Shown here one piece after another: positions 1-9,687 of a DNA stretch of 64,000 nucleotides (the stretch's first letter is position 1; the number at the start of each line of letters is the position of its first letter). The notes beneath the pieces are model-generated. The model ran no database searches and was not told where the DNA came from. It was given only the letters and a program-made list of their open reading frames with translations. A program made the position numbers and the translations under genes. This DNA comes from a virus, in the IMG/VR virus record IMGVR_UViG_3300029812_000193. One strand, written 5' to 3'.

Positions 1-2
1 TT

Positions 3-212
3 CTTGCCGACGCTGGGGCAATCCTGCTGGTCGCCGTCCCAGCCGAGGCTCTGGGATACTACGTATTTGACCTATGGGAGTACGCCCCACCAGAACCGCT
101 ATCAACTCCGTTTATCAAGGTCATCATCGGGTGGGTGATGGTAGGCACCGTTCTGTTGACGTTCATCGACAGGTACGACGAGGAGATTGAAAGGCTTTTT
201 GGAGGGACATGA
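3..212 (+). CDS. 3' part of a membrane protein truncated by the window edge
   Basis: Open frame from position 3 to TGA at 210-212, hydrophobic segments, ATGA overlap with the next gene. Confidence 0.5.
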   Translation, partial: LADAGAILLVAVPAEALGYYVFDLWEYAPPEPLSTPFIKVIIGWVMVGTVLLTFIDRYDEEIERLFGGT

Positions 213-1069
213 ACAGGAAATCACTGCTCTTGGTCATAGCATGTATCCTGATTGTGTCGGTGCTCGCATTGAGTTTTGTCTTAGTGACACCAGCAGAGGA
301 GATTACCAAGCTAGACGGGACCAAGATACGCGTCGTGGGTCGTGCAAAGATAGGAGAGACTGCCTACGGGGACGAAGTATGGGAACTCATATGGTCCGAC
401 GGCTCTACCACAACCGAAATAACCACGCCGCTAATCAGGCGACTGTTTCCGATTGCTCCAGGTGAAACGAGGATTTTTTACTTGAACGCTGGTGACACGC
501 TCTACGTCAGTAACTACAGCATGAATTACGAGGCTAGGAACCTGCTAAGATACGATTCTGATGGTTCAGGTGATTGGGTGCAGTGGACGGAAAACTTCGA
601 CAAGTTCCCTGTATATAAGGACGGCGAGTTCATATACGACGGTCACGGTGCATTCCAGCCGTGGGTGGTTTTCTGCTCTGAAACTGGCAGATACTCGGCT
701 CCAAGGACGCCAGCCGACGCAGACGAAAACTGGGGATTCACATGCGATGATGGAAAATTAGTGGTGAAGATAAAGGCGATAAGTCAATATCACTACGAAT
801 ACGACCTTGGTGATGGATGGAGTAGGTGGGAAACAGACCAAATCAAACTTGAAGTGACGTACCCATCTCCTACGCCTACTCCTACACCAACTCCAACACC
901 TACTCCAACGCCAACACCAACTCCAACGCCAACTGTGACACCTACACCGACCCCAACGCCAACTCCAACACCGACCGTGACGCCGAAACCGCCTGGGTTC
1001 GAGGCAGTCTACGCAGTCATCGGATTGCTGGCTGTAGCGTATCTTGTATCAAGGAGAGAAAGGAGTTAA
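209..1069 (+). CDS. Surface protein with PGF-CTERM sorting signal
   Basis: N-terminal signal peptide, long Pro-Thr linker, C-terminal [26 protein letters not shown] (PGF, TM helix, basic tail). Confidence 0.87.
   Translation: MNRKSLLLVIACILIVSVLALSFVLVTPAEEITKLDGTKIRVVGRAKIGETAYGDEVWELIWSDGSTTTEITTPLIRRLFPIAPGETRIFYLNAGDTLYVSNYSMNYEARNLLRYDSDGSGDWVQWTENFDKFPVYKDGEFIYDGHGAFQPWVVFCSETGRYSAPRTPADADENWGFTCDDGKLVVKIKAISQYHYEYDLGDGWSRWETDQIKLEVTYPSPTPTPTPTPTPTPTPTPTPTPTVTPTPTPTPTPTPTVTPKPPGFEAVYAVIGLLAVAYLVSRRERS
863..985 (+). repeat. Coding (Pro-Thr)n low-complexity linker
   Basis: Repeated CCN-ACN codons encoding PTPTPT. Confidence 0.9.
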
Positions 1070-1073
1070 AATA

Positions 1074-1436
1074 ATGAATGAGAGCACAGATGCAAAAATC
1101 CTAGAGGTCCTTATCGGATTGACGATTTTCGTGTTGCTGATGCCGATTGTCGGCTTCGAGGCTTTGGCGATATGGTTCCAGCGGAACATCATATCAGCAC
1201 TGATTTCGGTTATGTTTTTATCCCCTCTACTCTATGCCATTATAAATAGGGAGATGCCAAAGGAGATTATACTTTTCGTTGTAGCTGGCATTGCACTGTT
1301 CGCATTTCAGATTGCTCTTGGGATGGGCGTTCTGGATACCATCGTGATGATAATGAAGTGGTTCATAGGTGCAACTATCATAGTAGCCGCCTCCAATTTC
1401 GTTAATGGTGTACTGGCAAGGCTGGTGCCACCGTAG
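1074..1436 (+). CDS. Multi-pass membrane protein
   Basis: About 4 hydrophobic helices; ATG at 1074 follows GGAG. Confidence 0.6.
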   Translation: MNESTDAKILEVLIGLTIFVLLMPIVGFEALAIWFQRNIISALISVMFLSPLLYAIINREMPKEIILFVVAGIALFAFQIALGMGVLDTIVMIMKWFIGATIIVAASNFVNGVLARLVPP

Positions 1437-1444
1437 GAGGTTCA

Positions 1445-1969
1445 ATGAGAAAATTCATCATAGCAATTCTCATCTTGCTACTGATAGTCGGCATATCCAC
1501 GCCGTCAATAATCCAATACAATGCGTTAGGTCCAGAACTCTACTCAGACATCTCTGAAAATCCTGATTTATACTTTGCCACGACAGGTAATGGAGAGTCT
1601 ATGAGTCCTTTTATCAAAGATGGAGATACTATAATCGTCATGCTCTGGACGCATCCAGACTTCTCGGTTGACGTTGGCGATGTTGTAGTTTACTCTGCAC
1701 CAACATATCCTACATACCCATATGCTGAATATCTTAGGGAACGGGCACTGGTCGCACATCGTGTAGTATCCAAGGCGACCGTTGCAGGGCATACTAGATA
1801 CATGATTAGGGGTGATGCGGTACCGCAGGCTGACCCTTGGTCCATCTACGACGAGTGTATCGTGGGCAAGGTCGTGAAAGTCATACCGAGGGAAGACAGG
1901 ATGTCTGTCTATATGGTATCTAAGATGATGGAACGTAACCACCTTTCATTGCCCAACCACGGGAGATGA
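1445..1969 (+). CDS. Signal peptidase I (S26 family, archaeal/SipW-like Ser-His type)
   Basis: N-terminal TM; GESMSPFIKDGDTIIV catalytic Ser box; AHRVV His box; IRGDA and IVGKVV boxes. Confidence 0.82.
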   Translation: MRKFIIAILILLLIVGISTPSIIQYNALGPELYSDISENPDLYFATTGNGESMSPFIKDGDTIIVMLWTHPDFSVDVGDVVVYSAPTYPTYPYAEYLRERALVAHRVVSKATVAGHTRYMIRGDAVPQADPWSIYDECIVGKVVKVIPREDRMSVYMVSKMMERNHLSLPNHGR

Positions 1970-1973
1970 TATT

Positions 1974-2414
1974 ATGGTCTGGATATTTCTACTGTTGATA
2001 ACCCTGCTCGCTTTTCTGTTTCTCAAAAAAGAGGAACATTTAGCAGAAGCCATGTATGGAGGATTTATATTAGCCGTTGTTGACGTTGTGTTCCAGTCCA
2101 TTGGGGAGATATTAGGACTCTGGACCAGCACTGGGTCCATCCTGAAGATTTTTGGAGCTCCGCTTGAGGTTTTACTTATAGCTTTTTTCGGTGCCATTAT
2201 CTTCTTGCAGTACCTGCCAGATGGCTTAGGCGAGAAACTCCTATATGTTTTGATTGTATCGCTTATCTGCACGGTCATAGAAATTGGGCTGATACGGGTT
2301 GATGTGCTTAGCTACGCTGAGGGGTGGAATTCGTTCTTCTGTATGGTATCATATATAGCCGTGCTAAGCGGGATTGTTTTTATATATGAGAGACTAATTC
2401 TTCCAAAGGTGTAA
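1974..2414 (+). CDS. Multi-pass membrane protein
   Basis: About 5 hydrophobic segments, in operon with neighbours. Confidence 0.6.
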   Translation: MVWIFLLLITLLAFLFLKKEEHLAEAMYGGFILAVVDVVFQSIGEILGLWTSTGSILKIFGAPLEVLLIAFFGAIIFLQYLPDGLGEKLLYVLIVSLICTVIEIGLIRVDVLSYAEGWNSFFCMVSYIAVLSGIVFIYERLILPKV

Positions 2415-2417
2415 TCA

Positions 2418-3296
2418 ATGCCTTCAGGCAGGCTCAAATTTCTACTGTCCGCCATACTGGGCTTCCAGCTTTCTAGCTATGCGAACGTCTTACCGCACGA
2501 ATCTGGACATTCCATTTTCATTCACATATTCTCGGCTGGTGCAACTACCCCCACCTTTTATAACTGGTGGAACATTTTCATATCCCCTTGGACTATGTTT
2601 GCGAAGATGCCCTACGTTGCCTACAACGTTTTCGAGTTCGTTCTCTACCAAGCAGAGCTTCAACCAGTTGATGTTGGATGGTTCGGGGGCGTCTCGTTTT
2701 CTGGTGCGGAGATGACGCAGTTACAGATTACTGTATGTTATCTAGGCGGGATATTATTCCAGACGGCTCTGTTCATTCTCATAGCGTACATAGGGCTTAG
2801 GACCATCTCTCCGACTGTCGCTGGCCTATGTTCAGGGTTGCTGTTCGGGAGCTCCATATTTATATGGGCGTGCTACACTGACATGAGATATGTGTACGGT
2901 CACGGACTCGGCTGGATGGGGGAGGTCGAAGGAACGATAGTACCCACGCAGAATGCCAATATGATGGCGGCGTACACGCTGGCACTCATATGCCTGATGC
3001 TGCTCGTGTCTGCTTACTTAATCACCAAGGAGGCTGGCGAGATTGTTGAGCAGGAGATAGATTACCGCTATTCTTATATCCCAAGCGAGTTGCCAGTCAT
3101 CGTCATCGGAGTTGTGGTAGGGGCGGTCGCTCTTGCCCTGTTTGCAGTGGACATGTCACACTACTCTGGTCTGCTGATTCTAGGGTTCATACTCGCGTTC
3201 TGCGTCGATAAAATTCGCGAGATGTGGATAGTTCTTTTCGTCATCATCACGATGATTCCAGCGATAGTGTACGCTTTGTATGTGGCGGTAGTCTGA
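2418..3296 (+). CDS. Membrane metalloprotease, M50-like
   Basis: HESGH (HExxH) within an N-terminal hydrophobic region, many TM helices, later TD motif. Confidence 0.6.
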   Translation: MPSGRLKFLLSAILGFQLSSYANVLPHESGHSIFIHIFSAGATTPTFYNWWNIFISPWTMFAKMPYVAYNVFEFVLYQAELQPVDVGWFGGVSFSGAEMTQLQITVCYLGGILFQTALFILIAYIGLRTISPTVAGLCSGLLFGSSIFIWACYTDMRYVYGHGLGWMGEVEGTIVPTQNANMMAAYTLALICLMLLVSAYLITKEAGEIVEQEIDYRYSYIPSELPVIVIGVVVGAVALALFAVDMSHYSGLLILGFILAFCVDKIREMWIVLFVIITMIPAIVYALYVAVV

Positions 3297-3349
3297 GTGG
3301 GTATAAACTATATGATTCAAACACACGCTACAATCTACAATCCCCTGAT

Positions 3350-3483
3350 TTCACCCACCTGTGATAATTTTTTCTGTGGAGGGTGCACATAGCACACGCC
3401 CATTTTCACCCACGTGTGAGAAAAACAATTGCAATTTTTGGAGGATTTAACGATAGGTTTAAATTCCTTCACCCACGTGTGAG
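3350..3483 (+). repeat. Three copies of the 17-bp box TTCRCCCAYSTGTGAKA
   Basis: Copies start at 3350, 3405 and 3468 in a convergent intergenic region. Confidence 0.95.
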
Positions 3484-3549
3484 AATTTGGAGATTTGGGT
3501 AGTGTTTTTTTGGGGCTTTTAGCATCTTCTAGAAGGGGGTTGTGGATAA

Positions 3550-4077
3550 CTACTCCCAATCGAGCTCGTAGGATGCTTTATTCGTCAAAAGGAACGGCTC
3601 AACAAGCTGGTGCAGGAGGACGATTCCCAGCACAAACGTCACTGTGAACGACAGCCAGAATGGGATGCCCATCAAATCAAGCAACTCAAAATCTCCAACG
3701 ATTTGGTCATTATAGGTAAGCTGATAAAGAATATGGATGAGTGGAAAAACGGCGAAATATCCTGCACAGGAACTTACGAACATCTTTTTGTACCTGTCAT
3801 CTTCGAGACGTGCCAAGGCGGTTAGTAAAATAGCAAATATATAGGTCATAATAGTTCCAGCCCAGATGCAGAAAATCATGGCGTTGTTGGATAACGGCTC
3901 CCCTATGTACGTGGTGGATATGGCGGACAACCATCCTTCAGATATTATAAAATCGGTTACCACTTCTTTCCCACAGAGCGTGTATGCGATGATATGCCCC
4001 CCCTCGTGCACGATGGGCATGAGAAGGTCTGCCAGCAGAATCCCACTGAATGCTATGAGTATATCTCTCTTTTGCAT
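3550..4077 (-). CDS. Membrane metalloprotease, M50-like
   Basis: VHEGGH motif after a TM helix, GDF motif later, several TM helices. Confidence 0.6.
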   Translation of the reverse strand: MQKRDILIAFSGILLADLLMPIVHEGGHIIAYTLCGKEVVTDFIISEGWLSAISTTYIGEPLSNNAMIFCIWAGTIMTYIFAILLTALARLEDDRYKKMFVSSCAGYFAVFPLIHILYQLTYNDQIVGDFELLDLMGIPFWLSFTVTFVLGIVLLHQLVEPFLLTNKASYELDWE

Positions 4078-5433
4078 TTTTACACCCTATGCCTCTGTGT
4101 GCATCAGTCCAAGGGGACATCCAGAGGGGGAAGAACTCTCAGGCTGGTGCAATCCGCGACTCCTTTTTTTCCGATGCTATTTCAAATGTTGCCATGTTAT
4201 CATCCTTTACACTTCTCCTCCTAAATATCATAGGCGAGGACAAAAATCCACAAGACTGCCACGAGGACTTTGCTGATGAGCAATGCTGGTAGCATGAGTA
4301 TGAATGCCAAGTGGTCTGGCTTTGAGAAGTGCTTGAGCAGTTGTTTTATGTTCATATTCTATCGCCTCCTAACTACTTCGGTCATTCGCATCTCACAACA
4401 TCTTGCCAGTAAGGAAGTCCTTGAGTGCCCTCCACGGCTCCGTAATCGGTGCGAAGAAGCTCGGAGAGTACGTCAAATCTCTCGCCCTCTTGAGCATCTC
4501 CTTGTGAACCCTCGGTTTCGGTACTTTTACTCTTGTCAACGTCTTTCACCTCCCTATCATTCCTCTCGCAATCCTGGCCGTCGCGTCCCACAAACTCGGA
4601 TAAAGCAGGCACATGAACAGCCAGCATCCTAGAATGGCGACCAACCATCTGAACGGTTGCCCCCTGTAAGCCGTAGCAAAAGCACGTTCTGGGTCAACGC
4701 CCGCCGAGACGAGGGCGTTGTAGCTTTTCATCGGCAGAACCGTTATCGTACAGAACGTAACGGTTGCGATTCCGACTGTTGCAATGATTGCCTTCACGAG
4801 CTGGTACATTATTTTGCTCTCCTTACCTTTCTAACTACTATATTCTCCTATCATTGCACCCCAGAAGTATCAAAGTCGGAACGCACAGGGACACGAAGCC
4901 AGCCACGACCAGGTCCACCCTGTCCAGAACGCTCCCACCAATCACTATGCCGTACGCGATGGCGAACATCAGCAGGACGGGGGCTGCCCCCGCACTGTTT
5001 ATCCGTGCCTCGAGCATTTCGAGCTCGTTCATTTCCACACCATCTTGATTATCGCGATTAGCGTAATCAGGAGCACCGCCAGTAGGATGGCTAGGCTAAT
5101 CCAGTCCTCTGGTTTGATTTCTCTTTTCTCCATTTTCATCACCGACTTGCAGGCACCTTTTTTACCCCGAATGCCCGTCTGCTTGACATGGTTTTTTTAA
5201 AACCACGGACACAAGAGATGTAGGAAGGCCCTATCTGCTCGGCTTCTACGGCTCTGGATTTGCCTTTGACATTATCTTATTGTAGCAGGGCACACAGACG
5301 TGGTACTTCTCGACATCGTGCCCCTCTGGGGGGCTGAGCAAAATCGCACCCATGTGCTTCAGCTCGCTTCGCAGTTCTTTACCAGTTTCATGTCGCATAT
5401 TGGTTTTATTGCCATATTCTACCTCCTTTTATT

Positions 5434-6696
5434 TTATAATCTTGACATCCTCGCACCCAGATGCTGCATATCATCAACAAAGCCTGGGTAGGACTTGGAT
5501 ATATGCTCCCTGCCCTCAACTGTTAATTCACCCGCCTTCAGTCCTATCAATGATAATGCCATCGCTATTCTGTGGTCTCCGTGTGAATTTACCGTTACGC
5601 CTGTTCTCGGCTTTGAGTTTTTGACTATAATCTCGTCTATCTTAGACTCAACGTCCACGTCCAACTTACGGAGTTCGTTGGTTAGAGTGTAGATTCTATC
5701 GCTTTCCTTGTATCTAAGGTGGGCGATATCGTAAATCCTAGTCGTACCCTTTGCGAACGCACCCAGCACAGCCAATACTGGGACCAAGTCGGGAGTTTCA
5801 CGACAGTTGACTTCTATACCCTCCAATTCAAACGGTCCACTGATGTGCACAGCATCCCCTGTCTTTTCGATGTCCGCCCCCATCGACCTCAATATGTCAA
5901 TTATCTTCTTATCACCCTGTTTATCGTCAACTAGGTCCGTTATAGTCACGTCAGACTCGACCAGACACGCTGCCGCCATTAAAAATGCCGCCGATGAATA
6001 GTCTCCGTGGATTGCATAGTCTAGACTCTTGAACTTCTGCTGACCCTGAACGAAAAATAGATTCTCACTATGACCTATGGTTATTCCCGCTTTTTCGAGA
6101 ACGTCCAGAGTCATCTCCACATACGGTTTTGAGACAAGCTCTCCCCTTACCTTGATTATGCTGTCATTTTTAGCACTAGGACAGGTCATCAATAAGGATG
6201 AAATGAATTGAGAGCTAATTGAACCGTCAACTGTAGTTGTTCCCCCTCTAAGCATGCCCCACGTTGTTATCGATGACACAGTATATGGACAAAATGACGC
6301 ACCCCCACCCAAATCTCTGATTGCTCTTATCAACGGACTGACAGGGCGCTCTCGTAGCGCGTCCCCGATGAGGATAACGTTACCCCCAGTCAAACACACC
6401 AACGGCAGTGCGAATCGTAACGAAGCCCCAGATTCACCAAGATTGATTTCATCGGATGGTGCTTTTGGTCTGCCCCTAAAGCCGTCAATGTTCAGAGTGT
6501 CGCCGTCTCTCATCGTAGCACCCAGCATCTCACAGGCCCTTATAGTCATTCTGGCATCGTCGCAATTAGATACGTTTGAGATTTGAGAATTTCCATTCAT
6601 GCTCGCAACAATCACTGCCCTGTGGGTATATGACTTGGACGGCGGGGCTCTTATCTTTCCTTCTAGCCTTTTCGTTCTTTTTATGAGTAACTTCAT
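5434..6696 (-). CDS. aroA: 3-phosphoshikimate 1-carboxyvinyltransferase (EPSP synthase)
   Basis: Motifs PPSKSYTHRA, LGESGASLRF, LRERP, SSQFISSLL, SKPYVEMT, GDYSSAAF, PDLVP, LRYKESDR, HGDHRIAM, KSYPGF; start revised to ATG 6696 (ATGA overlap). Confidence 0.93.
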   Translation of the reverse strand: MKLLIKRTKRLEGKIRAPPSKSYTHRAVIVASMNGNSQISNVSNCDDARMTIRACEMLGATMRDGDTLNIDGFRGRPKAPSDEINLGESGASLRFALPLVCLTGGNVILIGDALRERPVSPLIRAIRDLGGGASFCPYTVSSITTWGMLRGGTTTVDGSISSQFISSLLMTCPSAKNDSIIKVRGELVSKPYVEMTLDVLEKAGITIGHSENLFFVQGQQKFKSLDYAIHGDYSSAAFLMAAACLVESDVTITDLVDDKQGDKKIIDILRSMGADIEKTGDAVHISGPFELEGIEVNCRETPDLVPVLAVLGAFAKGTTRIYDIAHLRYKESDRIYTLTNELRKLDVDVESKIDEIIVKNSKPRTGVTVNSHGDHRIAMALSLIGLKAGELTVEGREHISKSYPGFVDDMQHLGARMSRL

Positions 6697-7349
6697 TCTA
6701 TCATATCCTTGATTTCCTCCCAATACACGTTCCTCCATATTCTCTTAATCAAGTTCATCCTACTGATAGCGTCATCGCTGTTCGAGTGCGGCAGCAGCAT
6801 ATCGGCCAGCTTAACGCACCCGTGCTTAGTGCACACATTCAGCACCAGCACGTCCCTGGTCAGCTTGTTCGAGAACAGGGGGTAATTCTCCTTGTGATGC
6901 ACCCTCATTCTTGCGTTGATGCCCATCGTGGCTAGGGCTTCCTGAGCCTGTTTCAATATCTCGTCCTTGTTCGAGAAGACCTGCCACCAGCACTGGAAGT
7001 GTATATTATCGCTGTGTTTCATGACAAACCACGTTCTATGTCTGTCGCAGAAGCCAGCCAGAAACGACATAAAGTAGCCGTCGTGGTCGCATATCCACTG
7101 CGGTATGTTATCGAGTGGTTTCAATAGGAATCCGAAGGGGCGGTCTAAGTATGTGTATATGAAAGGTTCGCTTACGTCCCTTGTGCCGTGCCTGCACTCG
7201 CCGTACATCTCGAAGACCTTTTTGAACAGCGCCTCGTCCGAGCCGTTCGTGATGCCCATCTCTACCCTGATTCTCCCACTTCTGCATACGCCCAGGTGGG
7301 CCGCCCTCATGCCCAGCAGGTACGCCTTTTCGCGTCCAGACAGTTTCAT
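6693..7349 (-). CDS. Degenerate LAGLIDADG homing endonuclease-like protein
   Basis: KAYLLGMRAAHLG and FLAGFCDRH resemble the two LAGLIDADG helices, with catalytic residues altered. Confidence 0.55.
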   Translation of the reverse strand: MKLSGREKAYLLGMRAAHLGVCRSGRIRVEMGITNGSDEALFKKVFEMYGECRHGTRDVSEPFIYTYLDRPFGFLLKPLDNIPQWICDHDGYFMSFLAGFCDRHRTWFVMKHSDNIHFQCWWQVFSNKDEILKQAQEALATMGINARMRVHHKENYPLFSNKLTRDVLVLNVCTKHGCVKLADMLLPHSNSDDAISRMNLIKRIWRNVYWEEIKDMIE

Positions 7350-7798
7350 CCATACCTCGTATGTAATTGTTTATGCGTAAAATGCAGAGCATTCCTTATC
7401 TCTACCATAGATGCACCACAATCTCTCAACTTGTTGGCTAAATCCGTGATGCTTGTAACTCCAATAACTCCAATCTCCTTTTCATTAGGCAGGATTTTTA
7501 CATCCGTCTTGCCAGTGTCCTTGTCCCGTAGCACGTATATGCGGAGCCCTTTTTTAACCTCGTAATACCTCGTTCTTAATATGTGGTCCACAAATACCAG
7601 GGCCTTTTTTATCTCTTCTATAGATACACCGTAACTTCTTAATTTATTGATTAATTCTGTCGTGCTTCTAACTGAAATCGCCTTTTCATCAGAGGGTAGG
7701 ATTATTATGTCCGTTTCGCCAGAGTTCTTGTTTAGCATCACGCATATGTCGAGTCCTTTTTTAACCTCATAGTATGGCTCTTCCTTCATTTGGTTCAT
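7346..7798 (-). CDS. Hypothetical protein made of two tandem copies of a roughly 70-aa domain
   Basis: YYEVKKGL...L.NKLR..G.S..EI..AL occurs twice. Confidence 0.65.
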   Translation of the reverse strand: MNQMKEEPYYEVKKGLDICVMLNKNSGETDIIILPSDEKAISVRSTTELINKLRSYGVSIEEIKKALVFVDHILRTRYYEVKKGLRIYVLRDKDTGKTDVKILPNEKEIGVIGVTSITDLANKLRDCGASMVEIRNALHFTHKQLHTRYG

Positions 7799-7992
7799 GC
7801 CTTTTCACGTCCTGATAATTTCATCTGCCCTCCTGCATTCCACCTCAACCGTTCCGTCGGGGAACGCCGTAGCCCTAATCAAATCTGGGCACGTCTTTCT
7901 CTGCCTAACAATAGAGCCCATGCAGTGCCAGATTGGGACGTGCTCGCCCTCTTTAGGGCACAATACCTTCCACTTCTCAGGGTGTTTTGGCT

Positions 7993-9174
7993 TCATAACT
8001 CCCTCAGCACCTGGCTTTCTAAGATGCCCTGGTGCGCCACGACCGTCGGATGAACAATCTTTACGTACCTGCTTCTACCGAAGCGCCCCAGAGATGATAT
8101 CTTCGCATAGATTAGATTCAGACCGTCAAGCTCCGCTATGAGTTCCGTCACCCTCCTAATCGTCAGCGTGTGGGCGCCGTAGCGCTTCGTGGCGTTTTTA
8201 TACGTGGCGTAGATTTCTCCTGTAGATATCTGTCTAGGTTTTTCGCCTGACTGGAGTATTTGTATGCATGACAGCAGGACTATCTTAGTCTGCGTAGGCA
8301 GCGTCTCCACAGCCTGCACCACTATGTCACGCTGCACCTCCATATACGCCCTCTGCGCTTGCGCCCCGTCTATGTAGGAGTTGCCGTCCCTCCACGCCAT
8401 CTCGGCTGCTTTTTTGAGCACCTTTTTAGCCATCCTTATATCTCCGCTGTACTCGCCTATGTGCTCTGATATTAAGCGGAGGGCATCATCACTGTAGGTC
8501 CCGCTCTTGAGCGCCCTTTCTGCAATCATCCTGATAATCTCGAAGGTTTCACCTGACGTGTATGGAGGGAAATATACATCCTCCAGCGCCAGACTGGACA
8601 GCGCCCTGGGGTCTAAATAATCCGTGAAGTTCAGGTCGTTGGACACAATCCAGACGGCCATCTTGGCCTTCTTCAGTTCCGTGTTCAGCCTAGATAGCGT
8701 GTAAAGCGTGGTATTGGCGTAGTTATGTGGTTTTCTAATCAATCCGTCAATCTCGTCCAGAACTATTAATGACGTGTGCCTTTTTTCATCGAGCGCTTTG
8801 ACGAGCTCGCTTCGCAGATAATCCACTGGAAACCCAGTGATTGCTACGTTTCTATTATATGCGCCCAGAATGTGATAATATACCCTGTAGTCCGTATTCG
8901 CCCACTTGCAGTTCACGTAGACGAGCTTGGAGCGCGGCGTCTCTCTCTCCCACAGGTCGCCGAGCCTTCTGATAATCAGGCTCTTGCCAGTGCCTGGCTT
9001 GCCCTGTCCAGCCACGTTGTTGGGCGGGTTGGAGCAGAGATGATAGACTAGTTCCTCCTGCTGGCGGTCTCTGAACAGGGGCTCGCTATTGTAGTCGTCC
9101 TGAAGTAGCACGCTCTTGTCTTTGAATAGTGTTTCAGTTTGTCTCAGTTGGTTTAACAGCTTATCGTACTTCAT
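7993..9174 (-). CDS. cdc6: Orc1/Cdc6 replication initiator (copy 1)
   Basis: Walker A GKPGTGKS, Walker B LIVLDEID, VSND sensor, FPPYT, DIR, C-terminal wHTH with RRVTELIAEL and GRFGRSR. Confidence 0.93.
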   Translation of the reverse strand: MKYDKLLNQLRQTETLFKDKSVLLQDDYNSEPLFRDRQQEELVYHLCSNPPNNVAGQGKPGTGKSLIIRRLGDLWERETPRSKLVYVNCKWANTDYRVYYHILGAYNRNVAITGFPVDYLRSELVKALDEKRHTSLIVLDEIDGLIRKPHNYANTTLYTLSRLNTELKKAKMAVWIVSNDLNFTDYLDPRALSSLALEDVYFPPYTSGETFEIIRMIAERALKSGTYSDDALRLISEHIGEYSGDIRMAKKVLKKAAEMAWRDGNSYIDGAQAQRAYMEVQRDIVVQAVETLPTQTKIVLLSCIQILQSGEKPRQISTGEIYATYKNATKRYGAHTLTIRRVTELIAELDGLNLIYAKISSLGRFGRSRYVKIVHPTVVAHQGILESQVLREL

Positions 9175-9400
9175 TCAACCTCCTTATATCCCCTCTCAAG
9201 GACAGCTTGATGCTCTTCCTCTCCCGTCTCAACTCCCTATCTTCCTCCATCAGACTATGTTCACGCATCGCCCGTCTATATGGAGTTGTGTTGGGGGTAT
9301 GCAGACGGTCCACGTAGATTTTAAATATTTTCTCATCCAGTTCGATGATTTTAAGCAACTTTTCAATGATAGTCGGCATCATTTCTTCAGTTCTCATCAC
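9161..9400 (-). CDS. Small coiled-coil hypothetical protein
   Basis: Coupled by overlap to flanking genes. Confidence 0.5.
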   Translation of the reverse strand: MMRTEEMMPTIIEKLLKIIELDEKIFKIYVDRLHTPNTTPYRRAMREHSLMEEDRELRRERKSIKLSLRGDIRRLNEVR

Positions 9401-9675
9401 TGCCTACGCTCCTTGATTACATACTCAATTTGCTGCATAACAAAATCTTTGCGATAATCGCTACAATATCGTAGATATGCACAAAACATTGCTGTAATGT
9501 CGGCCGCAGTTGTTGTGATTATAGTCTGACCTTTACCATTATCAAAATCTACTTTGATGTATCCATCATCCTTATCATCAAGGTCTAATGAAATACAATC
9601 ATACTTCCTCCTTGACCACGCTTTTAAATTCAGGGGTCTTCCCTTGTTTATTATTTCACTCATCACACCACTCAC
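9397..9675 (-). CDS. Hypothetical protein
   Basis: Operonic, ATGA-type overlap. Confidence 0.5.
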   Translation of the reverse strand: MSGVMSEIINKGRPLNLKAWSRRKYDCISLDLDDKDDGYIKVDFDNGKGQTIITTTAADITAMFCAYLRYCSDYRKDFVMQQIEYVIKERRQ

Positions 9676-9687
9676 CCTTTTTCCTTT

